64,000 bases of DNA from an uncultured virus (IMG/VR IMGVR_UViG_3300012347_000249) (IMGVR_UViG_3300012347_000249), one strand, 5' to 3'; numbered from the stretch's first letter, positions 19,193 through 28,323 are shown. The notes: generated from the letters alone by a model not told the origin. A program made the numbers and translations.

Positions 19193-20106
19193 AAGAATTA
19201 TGGACAGAGAAGTATCGCCCCAAGACAGTAGGCGATTATGTATTCACTGATGAGTCACAGCGTAAACAAATTGAAGCGTGGGTGCGTGATAAAACCATTC
19301 CGCACATTTTACTAAGTGGTAGTCCAGGTACTGGTAAGACAACATTGGCCAAGGTTCTAATCAATGAACTAGGCATTGACGACTATGATGTGCTACAGAT
19401 TAACGCAAGTCGTGACAACGGTGTAGACTTTATCAAAAGCAAAGTAGAAGGCTTTGTGCAAACAATGCCATTTGGTAAGTTCAAGGTTGTGCTAATGGAC
19501 GAGGCTGATTACTTGTCACACAACGCACAGGCTATCATGCGTGGTCTATTAGAAACATACGCAAGCCAAGCACGTTTTATCTTTACATGCAACAAGCCAC
19601 ACAAGATTATGGATGCGTTGCATTCACGTTGCCAAGGCTTCCATATCAACAAAACAGACAAGACTGAGTTTACTGCCCGTGTTGCCACAGTATTAGTAAC
19701 TGAAGGAGTTGACTTTGATCTTGATACCTTGGACTTGTATGTTACTGCAACCTATCCTGACTTGCGTAAGTGTTTGAACCTAACACAAGCAAACAGCAGT
19801 AGCGGTACACTAGACAAGCCCGGAGAAAATGATCGTTCAACTCGTGACTTTAGAATCTCAGCAGTTGAATTATTACGTGCAGGGCAAATCCGTGCAGCAC
19901 GTCAAGAAATTATCAACAATACAGACAACTATGACGAAATGTTTCGTTGGATGTACAATAACTTAGGCATGTGGTCCGATTCAGAAGCGGGCCAAGACGA
20001 AGCAATTTTAATTATTCGTAAGGGACTAGTTAACCATAGTATGGTAGCAGATCCTGAAATTAACCTAGCAGCAACATTAGTGGAGTTAACTCAAATTGAG
20101 CAATAA
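19189..20106 (+). CDS. Sliding-clamp loader AAA+ subunit (T4 gp44/RFC-like)
   Basis: LWTEKYRP, GSPGTGKTT, INAS, DEADYL, SRC motif. Confidence 0.95.
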   Translation: MKELWTEKYRPKTVGDYVFTDESQRKQIEAWVRDKTIPHILLSGSPGTGKTTLAKVLINELGIDDYDVLQINASRDNGVDFIKSKVEGFVQTMPFGKFKVVLMDEADYLSHNAQAIMRGLLETYASQARFIFTCNKPHKIMDALHSRCQGFHINKTDKTEFTARVATVLVTEGVDFDLDTLDLYVTATYPDLRKCLNLTQANSSSGTLDKPGENDRSTRDFRISAVELLRAGQIRAARQEIINNTDNYDEMFRWMYNNLGMWSDSEAGQDEAILIIRKGLVNHSMVADPEINLAATLVELTQIEQ

Positions 20107-20110
20107 ATGT

Positions 20111-20677
20111 CTACTTATTTTTATTTTTCCAATATTTTAATCTAGCTAGTGACATGCGTTGTTTTGTTAGCTCAGATTTTGGAAGTCCCTTTAATGGACT
20201 AGACCCACCTTTATTGTAAGGTACTCTACCCATACATGCAGCAGATAATGCGGCAGAATGTTCTTTAGTTCTAGCTTTACCAGTTAATGCATTGGAAATT
20301 TTGGCACGATGTTCTTCAGTCATTGTACGTTTAGGTTTTCCTTGCTTACCCTTCGGCACTCCTGCTAAACCAGTTTCTATTATTAAATTTGCCCACTCAT
20401 CTGATTCAACAATTAAATTTTCTATAGAGAACTGAGTGGCATAGTTATACACCTCTTCTCTGGTATTGAATAATTGGCACCAAACGGTAGTTACATTCTT
20501 ACCGTATTCCTGCAAATGCTTTGTCCAATTTTTACCTGATCCGTTATATTTTAATGGATCTCTGAAAGTCTTACCAAAATATTTTAGCCCAGTTACATTA
20601 TGTTTCTTAATGTATAACCAAGTAGGTCTAAAATTATCTTGTGTAATTTCCTTAATAGTAGTATTATAAATACTCAT
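20111..20677 (-). mobile_element. Free-standing GIY-YIG (Seg-like) homing endonuclease with NUMOD3 repeats
   Basis: WLYIKKHNVTGLKYFGKT...YNGSG..W..H; C-term TEEHRAKIS/TKEHSAALS/SELTKQRMS; inverted relative to neighbours, AT-rich. Confidence 0.85.
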
Positions 20678-20746
20678 GCTGATAGTTCCTTATAAACTGT
20701 TAGAGTAGTCGGATATTTCCAGTATCGCGGGCTACAACTATATTTA
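20665..20746 (+). ncRNA. Candidate two-hairpin cis-antisense RNA or regulatory element of the homing endonuclease
   Basis: Convergent late promoters (TATAAATA + at 20665; TAAATA - at 20746); hairpins CTGATAGTT/AACTGTTAG and GTAGTC/GGCTAC need G-U pairs, which form only on +. Confidence 0.5.
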
Positions 20747-20754
20747 TTAATTTT

Positions 20755-21156
20755 ATGAAAAACAATCAGATTTACCTAGTAGCATATTATGCAATGAAAC
20801 CCCGTGCAGGTGTTAATACCTGTAAAGCAGGGTGGATGAAAGATCACAACAATCTACAGTATGACGAGAAAGTCGAAATTGTACGTGGACTAAAATCAAA
20901 CACCAATACTGCAAAGATTGTATTGGACTTTTCCACCAAGACTGTTACACGTAACGGCTTTAATGGCGACCTTGATTTTAAGAAGTTGTTTAAGTATTTC
21001 TTCGGCGGCTACCATCAATACATGACCACTGTTATGCGTCAGTTAGATCCTGAGTTCATGGATACTATTGTGTCAGAACTAGAAGAAGAATTAAAAGCAG
21101 CGGATGCAGCGGCGGCAGCTGAAATCGAAAATGCCCAAGCAGTTCCAGCTGAGTGA
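20755..21156 (+). CDS. Hypothetical protein
   Basis: 133-aa ORF. Confidence 0.75.
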   Translation: MKNNQIYLVAYYAMKPRAGVNTCKAGWMKDHNNLQYDEKVEIVRGLKSNTNTAKIVLDFSTKTVTRNGFNGDLDFKKLFKYFFGGYHQYMTTVMRQLDPEFMDTIVSELEEELKAADAAAAAEIENAQAVPAE

Positions 21157-21457
21157 ATCAGGTGATAGGGGTTGGTTTGTTGGTTCGTTTGAACGAGCTG
21201 TTTTTCAAACCAACGACCTTGAAGCGGGTTACCAAGTCAACCTTAAGGGTGAAACTAGTAAGCCGCATTTTCACAAAATTGCAACCGAAATCAATCTCAT
21301 TGTTAGAGGTGCAGTGTTAATCAACGGCGAGCTTTATACTGCGGGCATGGGAGTTATTTTTTACCCCAACGAAGTAGCAGAATGCGTGTATATAGAAGAT
21401 ACTGAAACTATGGTGATTAAGACTCCCGGAGCATTAAACGATAAATATCTAATATGA
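21131..21457 (+). CDS. Cupin-fold protein
   Basis: GWFVGSF...PHFHKIATEINLIVRG...IKTP. Confidence 0.75.
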   Translation: MPKQFQLSESGDRGWFVGSFERAVFQTNDLEAGYQVNLKGETSKPHFHKIATEINLIVRGAVLINGELYTAGMGVIFYPNEVAECVYIEDTETMVIKTPGALNDKYLI

Positions 21458-21705
21458 ATCCAGCAATGCTCAAAACAATGAAGGCGAAGAAAAAGCGCCC
21501 TGTAGATCCGAATGCTCCACCGCGTCCGAATCTAATGAGCCACGACAAGGTTATCCGTGACCAAAAAACCCAACTTGGAACCATGGAACAACGCTTGCAA
21601 TACTTAGAACACCGTTTGCAGGAAACTGAATCTAAACTGCGTTATCAAACACAGTACTTGACTCAGTTACATCAAAACCTGCAGAACTACGTTCGCAAAA
21701 AATAA
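21454..21705 (+). CDS. Basic coiled-coil protein
   Basis: KAKKKR..DPNAPPRP, then heptad repeats; TAAATA at 21442. Confidence 0.75.
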   Translation: MNPAMLKTMKAKKKRPVDPNAPPRPNLMSHDKVIRDQKTQLGTMEQRLQYLEHRLQETESKLRYQTQYLTQLHQNLQNYVRKK

Positions 21706-21710
21706 TGTAA

Positions 21711-22110
21711 CATAAGGTTGGCAGGCCGGTTAATATTCTGCTGGGTAAGCATCTGATGTGTGTGCCGATGCCCAATTCTGTTCTTACAAACGGACTTCAA
21801 TTCTCTACCCTTGTGATGCAAGGATGCCTTAAAACGATACCCCTCTGCGGTAATAACGTTTGAATTGTCGGATACAGGTTGAGTGTAGCGCAAGCTAACT
21901 TAGATCCATTACGTCCATTGCACAACTGACACCGAGGTGCATTAAAAATCGTAGTAGGTAGGGTAAGGTACAGAGCCCAGAGACGTGGAATCCAAAACAC
22001 CTACTGTCAGTGAACGAGAGCAACTCGGATGAAGCCTTTTTGACATCCATTTATTGGGTGTCAATTCCACTCCACAATCTGGATGAAACTATCACTTTAA
22101 GTGTGTTAAA
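21711..22110 (+). ncRNA. Candidate large structured non-coding RNA
   Basis: The only long intergenic gap; many nested stems with G-U pairs and a GCAA tetraloop on +. Confidence 0.55.
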
Positions 22111-22165
22111 AAACAGCTTCAAGCGATAGCGAAGAAGCAAGTGTACGCAGTACACTTTTATCATT

Positions 22166-22193
22166 TTGACATTTAATCCAAATGCTGTATAAT
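22166..22193 (+). promoter_or_regulatory. Consensus sigma70 early promoter
   Basis: TTGACA-16-TATAAT, followed by an AAAGGA RBS. Confidence 0.75.
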
Positions 22194-22216
22194 ATGAACA
22201 TTAAAGGATTAGCTCA

Positions 22217-22873
22217 ATGTCAATGTTAAACACAGAACAAGTTTTTGAAGCTGCTGTAGCTGCATTCAGAATCAATGGCAATAAAGTTCTGACTAAATCT
22301 TCAGGCAATATGATTGCCAATAAAGTACTAATCGAATCTGAGTTAGCAAATCCGAATATTGTTACAGATCAAGATCGAGCAGCAGCAAAAGAGCTCATTG
22401 AGTTTTTCACTTATCACAGAACAATGTCTAGTCTTGTTGGTAAAGATTCAAATGAATTCACACAACTGATTACCACAATCATTGGAGTGGATAGAGTACC
22501 TAAGCGTCTCATTGGGTTACTGCAATGGGCACCTCGCCTAGGATCTGATATTCATCATGCACAGGAAGTACGTAATCAATTGGCTGTACTTAGTTATGGC
22601 AGCAAATTTCTAGGTCGTCCCGGGGATAAAGTTGAAATTGATTACGTGGTAATACATAAACGTTATAACAAACCCTATCAAGCATGGCGCTACATTGGGC
22701 ACGATACCCATGGCAACATTGTGGGCTTTTTCAACAAACTAGAAATCACTAAACCTGCATTCAGGATCAAAGGGCGTATCAAACAAACCGAAACTAGTCG
22801 CTTTGCAGAGAATGGAAAAACCACGTATCTATCACATGTTAAGGAAGTACATGACAGCTCAAGTAACTTGTAA
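22217..22873 (+). CDS. Hypothetical protein, possible C-terminal OB fold
   Basis: SKFLGRPGDKVEI...IKGRIK...TTYLSHVK. Confidence 0.75.
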   Translation: MSMLNTEQVFEAAVAAFRINGNKVLTKSSGNMIANKVLIESELANPNIVTDQDRAAAKELIEFFTYHRTMSSLVGKDSNEFTQLITTIIGVDRVPKRLIGLLQWAPRLGSDIHHAQEVRNQLAVLSYGSKFLGRPGDKVEIDYVVIHKRYNKPYQAWRYIGHDTHGNIVGFFNKLEITKPAFRIKGRIKQTETSRFAENGKTTYLSHVKEVHDSSSNL

Positions 22874-23114
22874 AAATTGTAAACTTAATCGTGCTAGTTG
22901 GCTTTCTAGGAATTTTGCCAACAGTGTGTGGTGGACTTGCAGTCTTAAAAAATCCGAACCTGTGTATAATGTGGTTGATGGGACCACAAAACCAGGTGAA
23001 TACGCTAGCTGTAGCAGTGTGCGTTGGGACGAGGATTTGTGTGGGAAAAATGCAAAAGCATGGATTCCACGCAGTAAAAAAGATCTGTTTCTTTTACTCA
23101 CCCACGTAAAATAG
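22851..23114 (+). CDS. Cys-rich small protein
   Basis: CKNC..C..CSSVR...CG; AAGGA RBS. Confidence 0.7.
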   Translation: MTAQVTCKNCKLNRASWLSRNFANSVWWTCSLKKSEPVYNVVDGTTKPGEYASCSSVRWDEDLCGKNAKAWIPRSKKDLFLLLTHVK

Positions 23115-23147
23115 CTGTATAATGTGGTAACAGCAAAGGATTACCAA

Positions 23148-23348
23148 ATGACTACACAATGTGATAATTGCAAAAAGGTCTACAAAGACCGCACAGGCTT
23201 TTGGGGCCTCAGCAATTACCACGGCGTAAGTGGTAATTTTTGCGGCAAGTGCTACGATAAAGTATCGCACAACAGTTATGGCAAACCCGAGCAACCTGGC
23301 GAGTATCTTGCTATCTTGCTCAAACAAGGATATAAACATGCTTCCTGA
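23148..23348 (+). CDS. Zn-finger small protein
   Basis: CDNC...CGKCYDKVSH; AAAGGA RBS. Confidence 0.7.
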   Translation: MTTQCDNCKKVYKDRTGFWGLSNYHGVSGNFCGKCYDKVSHNSYGKPEQPGEYLAILLKQGYKHAS

Positions 23349-23745
23349 AGAACACAAAGTATCTATTATCAGTAATGGCCTGCATTTTATGCGAAGCATT
23401 ACGGAAGCATATGGTGCCGACAAAGGCATGGAACTGTGGGAACAGATCACAAGTGTGCTTGATGATGACGTTAAAGGTCAAATCTTCTTTGCTATGATCA
23501 CTGGTCAATACAACGATCGTATCCTGTTGAAGGGCATCACGCACTATGCAACTAACAATGCAGTGGCCTGCATCAAGGAGATTCGTACATGGACGGGCTT
23601 GGGTCTGAAAGAAAGCAAAGACATTTACGACCGCTTGCGTAATCGCACGTATGAAAGCAGCCCTAGCCAAGAGTTTATCAAGGTTGGGCCCGAGCAGTAT
23701 AGTCAGGCAATTACAGGTCTTCGTAATGCAGGTTTCACGATATGA
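23338..23745 (+). CDS. Protein with ribosomal L7/L12 C-terminal-like domain
   Basis: AVACIKEIRTWTGLGLKESKD resembles bL12 KI.VIK.VR..TGLGLKEAK. Confidence 0.75.
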   Translation: MLPEEHKVSIISNGLHFMRSITEAYGADKGMELWEQITSVLDDDVKGQIFFAMITGQYNDRILLKGITHYATNNAVACIKEIRTWTGLGLKESKDIYDRLRNRTYESSPSQEFIKVGPEQYSQAITGLRNAGFTI

Positions 23746-24113
23746 CAACGCATGAAAAATTGCGTGAGCTTGATTGGGCTACAGCTGACGGGCGCCGGAT
23801 TCCAATCAAGGATCTAGAGACCAGCCACTTAGTTAATGTTATTAACTGGATCATTGATAACAAAAACTTGTACCCTGTGCATGTACTAGATATCATGACC
23901 AACGAAGCAGAGTATCGCAAAACACTGCTATTCGCCGAAGGTAAGGCTTACCCGCAGAAAGTTAATCGTCGCTGGCAACTCATTGATCCCGCCACAGGAA
24001 AAGGGCACATTATCCCGCCGCCTGCTGAGTATATTGAAGCAGTTAAGGACAATGCAGGATATCAAACAATGAGTAAACGCACACAGAAAAAACGCCAAAC
24101 AGAAAGAAAATAA
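23742..24113 (+). CDS. Hypothetical protein
   Basis: WATADGRRIPIKDLETSHLVNVI. Confidence 0.75.
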   Translation: MTTHEKLRELDWATADGRRIPIKDLETSHLVNVINWIIDNKNLYPVHVLDIMTNEAEYRKTLLFAEGKAYPQKVNRRWQLIDPATGKGHIIPPPAEYIEAVKDNAGYQTMSKRTQKKRQTERK

Positions 24114-24295
24114 TGAAATTTTATCTTACAATTGGTATATTAGTTGTCTACTTTGTGTTTTGTGGATATATTATCAACGATGGGATTTATAACATTCGCG
24201 TAAACAGTTTCAAACTTGGTTGCATGAATGCTGTTGCATCCCGTGAAGCAATTGAACAGTGTAAAACTCTTGCAGAAGAAAAGATCAAACAATGA
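24113..24295 (+). CDS. Small membrane-anchored protein
   Basis: N-terminal TM helix, two C-terminal Cys. Confidence 0.65.
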   Translation: MKFYLTIGILVVYFVFCGYIINDGIYNIRVNSFKLGCMNAVASREAIEQCKTLAEEKIKQ

Positions 24296-24597
24296 ACTAT
24301 CAACACATTGGCTGGTGCAAAGACGGTACTCATGATAAAGTGTGGGGCATTATTTGTTTGCAAGAACCAACTACATCTTATCGTGGTGACGGTAAGTTCG
24401 TGACCTTTTGGGGTCGTCGTGGCAAGAAGCTACAGACCAAGACAGTAGAAACTGGTCATTACGAAGTCAAGAAGATGTTTGATAAAAAGTTAGACAAGGG
24501 TTATCAAGAAGTTGACAAGCGACGACTTGATGAAGTGTACCCTGAGTTTGAACAAGACCTGGAACAAACGGCTGTCTGGGCAATGCTACGAGTATAA
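24292..24597 (+). CDS. WGR-domain-like protein
   Basis: HDKVWG...TFWGRRG...KKLDKGY. Confidence 0.75.
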   Translation: MNYQHIGWCKDGTHDKVWGIICLQEPTTSYRGDGKFVTFWGRRGKKLQTKTVETGHYEVKKMFDKKLDKGYQEVDKRRLDEVYPEFEQDLEQTAVWAMLRV

Positions 24598-24606
24598 GGA
24601 AATAAT

Positions 24607-24804
24607 ATGGACGCAAAAGACGTAATTAACCGTGCCAAGAACTTGCGAGAGTTTGAAGTACAATGCACACTACCTGAGACCTTTCGCTTCACTGGCACTG
24701 TGCCTTTTGATATGCGTATCACAGGGGATCAAGTCAACGTAAAAGTGCTAGCAGAAACGCACGAAGAAGCACTGGCAAGGGCCACGGAGTACCTCAATGG
24801 CTAA
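24607..24804 (+). CDS. Hypothetical protein
   Basis: TAAGGA RBS; 65 aa. Confidence 0.7.
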   Translation: MDAKDVINRAKNLREFEVQCTLPETFRFTGTVPFDMRITGDQVNVKVLAETHEEALARATEYLNG

Positions 24805-25048
24805 AGAGATTCCACAGCACAAAGATATCTTTGGGCAGGAACTAGTACTCGATGACTGTGTGGTTTACCCGCAAAGTAACTCAATGAAGATTGGCAAGGT
24901 GGTTAAGATTAACCCTAAGATGATCTCTGTTAAGAACTTGTCCGAAAATGGATGGCGTAGTGAAACGCTAAAGTATCCATTAGATTTAGTTAAAGTACAC
25001 GGACCCGAAGTAACCATGTACTTACTAACCAACACCACAACTACCTAA
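24797..25048 (+). CDS. Small SH3/KOW-like protein (similar to 29498-29746)
   Basis: KDIFGQELVLDDCVVY...GKVVKINPKMI. Confidence 0.7.
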   Translation: MAKEIPQHKDIFGQELVLDDCVVYPQSNSMKIGKVVKINPKMISVKNLSENGWRSETLKYPLDLVKVHGPEVTMYLLTNTTTT

Positions 25049-25056
25049 GGAACCCT

Positions 25057-25263
25057 ATGCCGGAAATTAAACTGCAATCTGCATTTAAAGTAACCATCAT
25101 TGAAAGCGAACGTGGTTGGGGCCAAAAAATTGACGAAATAAAGTATTTCGACAATGAAACCGAAGCCCATAACTTTGTTAATAGATTCAACAGTGCAAAT
25201 ACCAAAACTGATGGAGTACCAGACTGGTACATGTACGCACGTTACGATGGAATGGTACGCTAA
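25057..25263 (+). CDS. Hypothetical protein
   Basis: ESERGWGQKID...VPDWYMYA; TAAGGA RBS. Confidence 0.75.
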   Translation: MPEIKLQSAFKVTIIESERGWGQKIDEIKYFDNETEAHNFVNRFNSANTKTDGVPDWYMYARYDGMVR

Positions 25264-25287
25264 TTGATATTCCTGCTATAATAAGCA

Positions 25288-25767
25288 ATGGAATACGAAG
25301 TTTACCTTCTTGACAACAAATACCAGCTTTGCCACAAAGGCGAAGCAATCATTGCAACAAATAATTTGGCTGTAGCATGCACGTATGTGTATGAATACTA
25401 CAACAAATACCAAATTCCGATATGTGTATATCAACCACGACACGGGCACTATCGAGAAACATATGCACCGTGGTTAACCGAGGAAGATAAGATGGCACTG
25501 CCTAAAGAAGTTAAAATGACACGTGACGGGGGCAACTTTTGGCGTGCCATGACATTCCGATATGCTGTTACCTATGCAATTATCCTGCCGGTGGTTGCTG
25601 CTGTGATGATTGCAGTCATTAACCCACTGTGGTTCCGCGATAGCTTCTTCCGCTGGGTCGAGAATACTGTCAACAAAATCACACGCTGGCGCAACTACCG
25701 CACCTATGCTTTGTATCTTGGTGCAGATCCAGAAATGTGGCATACACTAAAGGACAATGTGGAATGA
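25288..25767 (+). CDS. Hypothetical membrane protein
   Basis: TM helix; possible internal start at 25492 (GAGGAAG RBS). Confidence 0.65.
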   Translation: MEYEVYLLDNKYQLCHKGEAIIATNNLAVACTYVYEYYNKYQIPICVYQPRHGHYRETYAPWLTEEDKMALPKEVKMTRDGGNFWRAMTFRYAVTYAIILPVVAAVMIAVINPLWFRDSFFRWVENTVNKITRWRNYRTYALYLGADPEMWHTLKDNVE

Positions 25768-25931
25768 AGCGAGATACAGCCTACGCCATTTTGCTAGGGT
25801 TCTTGCTTGGTGCTATCTTAAACACCATGCCGTGGGCTGATGCAGAGCAGTATCGCAGAGCCAAGCAGGAATGCGAAAAAACATTGCCACGTAACCAACA
25901 TTGCATAGTAGTTGGAGTGCCGTCAAAGTGA
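25764..25931 (+). CDS. Small membrane-anchored protein
   Basis: TM helix, then ECEKTLPRNQHC. Confidence 0.65.
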   Translation: MKRDTAYAILLGFLLGAILNTMPWADAEQYRRAKQECEKTLPRNQHCIVVGVPSK

Positions 25932-26218
25932 GGATATACAAATCTGATGGTCGCTATAAGTATCACTCACAAGGGTACGAATACATTGCACAATTTGGGT
26001 GGGCAAGCCTAGCTGATAAAAAAATGTGGTCCGAATTGATTAAGGTTTTTGAAGAAACCTATGGTCCTCACATTGAACGTTATACTGACGAAAAGGGCTG
26101 GCCGAGATCGAGACGTAATGAACATTACGTTCTAGAGCAGAATAAACCTGCTCGACGCCGGCGCATTTATGCAAAGCACGAATCCGACTTTACAATTGCA
26201 TTATTGAAAGTATCGTAA
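25928..26218 (+). CDS. Hypothetical protein with Family-A-like tail
   Basis: GTG start; ends RIYAKHESDFTIALLKVS. Confidence 0.7.
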   Translation: MRIYKSDGRYKYHSQGYEYIAQFGWASLADKKMWSELIKVFEETYGPHIERYTDEKGWPRSRRNEHYVLEQNKPARRRRIYAKHESDFTIALLKVS

Positions 26219-26874
26219 TGAAAGCAGAAAAATTAGAGTTGATGGAAAAATGGTTAACCCTATCTACATTGATGGGCCTTGACTACGATAACATCTACGA
26301 CGACTGGGACAATGATGGCCAGGATTTCTTTAGCATGCTTGAAGAGTACGAGCAGTTAATGGAGCGCCTCAAAGAGCCTAACGAACTCATGAAGGTTGTT
26401 TTACAAACAGTAAACATGGGTGTCACTTCCGAAGATATTGAGGAGTATGTACACTACCGTAATAGGAAAGAAGAAGAGTTACGCCAGGCCGAAAGGTTGG
26501 CACGTATATACTCAACTCCTGCGATTGTTGAGCTACGTGAAAATCGTGACTTCAAGATCCTTCCTTGTGGTCGCTATAAAAATCACACCTACTTTTCTTT
26601 TAAAAATGCAGCGGGCAAAGAGTTTCAAGGCCGTGCGTTTAGACAACGTTGGGATAACTATCGTATTTGGTTAACGTGGAAAGACAAAAACGGCAAGAAG
26701 GTTTCTTGGAAATGGGACTCTGGCCGAAATGGCATTGCGGTGCCACATTCTTTCCCACATGAGTGGAAAAATTGGGGTTATGCCACTGAGCTAAATCATA
26801 TGGTACACATAATTGCACACCATGTGGTTAACAAAACAATGCCAAAAGCTGCTGCTTTCAAGTATCCAAAATGA
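26218..26874 (+). CDS. Hypothetical protein
   Basis: 218-aa coupled ORF. Confidence 0.75.
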   Translation: MKAEKLELMEKWLTLSTLMGLDYDNIYDDWDNDGQDFFSMLEEYEQLMERLKEPNELMKVVLQTVNMGVTSEDIEEYVHYRNRKEEELRQAERLARIYSTPAIVELRENRDFKILPCGRYKNHTYFSFKNAAGKEFQGRAFRQRWDNYRIWLTWKDKNGKKVSWKWDSGRNGIAVPHSFPHEWKNWGYATELNHMVHIIAHHVVNKTMPKAAAFKYPK

Positions 26875-27167
26875 ACTTAACTACACTGCAAAACAATCTG
26901 CGTAACACAATCGCCGGCAAGGAACAACTGTTGGCAAGGTACAATGCTCGGCTAGTACCGCATCCTGCACCAGATGATGTTACCTGGTTTGCTTCCAAAT
27001 ATATTGTAGAGTTCCTTGAAGTCAACATTGACGAACTCAAGCGTATCTTAACAGACGTAGAGCTGTGCATTAATGATGCCGCAGCAAGAAGCTGGGATGG
27101 ATGTGTGGATCGTATGAGCGGTGCATTTGACGACGATGAATTGCGTGGCCGTGATGGATGGAATTAA
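26871..27167 (+). CDS. Hypothetical protein
   Basis: Ends DRMSGAFDDDE..RDGW. Confidence 0.7.
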   Translation: MNLTTLQNNLRNTIAGKEQLLARYNARLVPHPAPDDVTWFASKYIVEFLEVNIDELKRILTDVELCINDAAARSWDGCVDRMSGAFDDDELRGRDGWN

Positions 27168-27170
27168 TCT

Positions 27171-27584
27171 ATGGAAAAGAAAAAAGAATTATTGTTCAGC
27201 GTAACTGCTAAAGACTGTGATTGGTCCTATACAAAAGGTACCGGTGCAGGTGGGCAAAAGCGTAACAAAACAAGTTCAGCAGTACATTGTCATCATCGCC
27301 CTAGCGGCGGGTATGGCTACAGTGAAGCAAGTCGCAGCCAAGCAGACAACAAGCGTGATGCTTTTGTTAAAATGGCCAACACCAAAGAGTTCCAAAAATG
27401 GAACAAAATGGAAGCGTGGCGCCGCATGGGTGTACTTGATGAAATCGATCAAAAAGTTGCAGAAAGCATGCAACATATTAAGATCGAAATACGTGTTGAC
27501 GGTAAGTGGACTGAAGTTAAAGAACACATGCTTGTTGACGACCCCGAGGACTTTCGAGTTGAATGGTTAAAGGAGATGGAATGA
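27171..27584 (+). CDS. Class-I release-factor-like peptidyl-tRNA hydrolase domain protein (ArfB/YaeJ/PrfH type)
   Basis: GTGAGGQKRNKTSSAVHCHHRPSG...SRSQADNK. Confidence 0.9.
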   Translation: MEKKKELLFSVTAKDCDWSYTKGTGAGGQKRNKTSSAVHCHHRPSGGYGYSEASRSQADNKRDAFVKMANTKEFQKWNKMEAWRRMGVLDEIDQKVAESMQHIKIEIRVDGKWTEVKEHMLVDDPEDFRVEWLKEME

Positions 27585-28099
27585 ATACCCAACAATGGCT
27601 AAACAAAATTACATCAAGCAAACAAGAATTACATCACTGGCTTGGGCGACAGTACATTGGTGAGATAACAGCGGCTAAACGAATTCGCAAACTAGCCGAC
27701 GAAGCACCTGAAAAGTTCAAACCTGTAATTAATCGTATCGCCGATGATGAAGCACAACATGCTTTCTGGGTTGGTGGGTTACTTGTCGCTCGTAATATTG
27801 ATCTCCCTGCAATTGAACATCCGGAAGATCGCTACTGGAAGCCTATTCTTAGCGAGCTTGACTCATTTGAAAAGACTACAGCAGCAGGTCATCACGCCGA
27901 AGGTATGCGACTGGTTCGTATTCGTGCATTAGCAGATTCAGACAAAGTGGACAGTGATATCCGTGAAGTATTTCGTAAGATTCTTCCGGATGAAGAATTC
28001 CACGAGCGAGCTTTTGGTGCCATGTCTGACCAAGATAGCATCGAGTTAATGCGTGACAAACACTTAGCAGGCCTTGACTTGCTTGGGTTGGAAATCTAA
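27581..28099 (+). CDS. Ferritin-like di-iron protein
   Basis: GE..A...IADDEAQH...AE...ILPDEEFH (two ExxH motifs). Confidence 0.8.
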   Translation: MNTQQWLNKITSSKQELHHWLGRQYIGEITAAKRIRKLADEAPEKFKPVINRIADDEAQHAFWVGGLLVARNIDLPAIEHPEDRYWKPILSELDSFEKTTAAGHHAEGMRLVRIRALADSDKVDSDIREVFRKILPDEEFHERAFGAMSDQDSIELMRDKHLAGLDLLGLEI

Positions 28100-28323
28100 T
28101 GGAATCCATTCCTGAAGTAACCATTGTTGAAATTTTGCCAACCAAAATTTGGCAAGAAAAAGACGTATGGGGCACAGTGCATATCAAAATGCAGCACCAC
28201 GGAATGGATCCATTTACACTGGTTAACATCAATTACAATTACGCATACACCAGTAATGCACACCAGCATCATCTTGCTGAAGAAATTATCAAATTGTTAG
28301 GTGGTACAAATGATCGAGCATAA
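28099..28323 (+). CDS. Hypothetical protein
   Basis: Coupled ORF. Confidence 0.65.
   Translation: MESIPEVTIVEILPTKIWQEKDVWGTVHIKMQHHGMDPFTLVNINYNYAYTSNAHQHHLAEEIIKLLGGTNDRA

Noticed and set aside
21687..22000. Two minus-strand ORFs (68 and 67 aa) in the intergenic gap
   Set aside because: No SD, atypical composition and overlapping each other; the region is better explained as structured non-coding sequence
21711..22110. tRNA, tmRNA, RNase P, group I/II intron or retron msr-msd identity
   Set aside because: Diagnostic motifs were not found by eye, it does not interrupt a gene, and no reverse transcriptase is in the window
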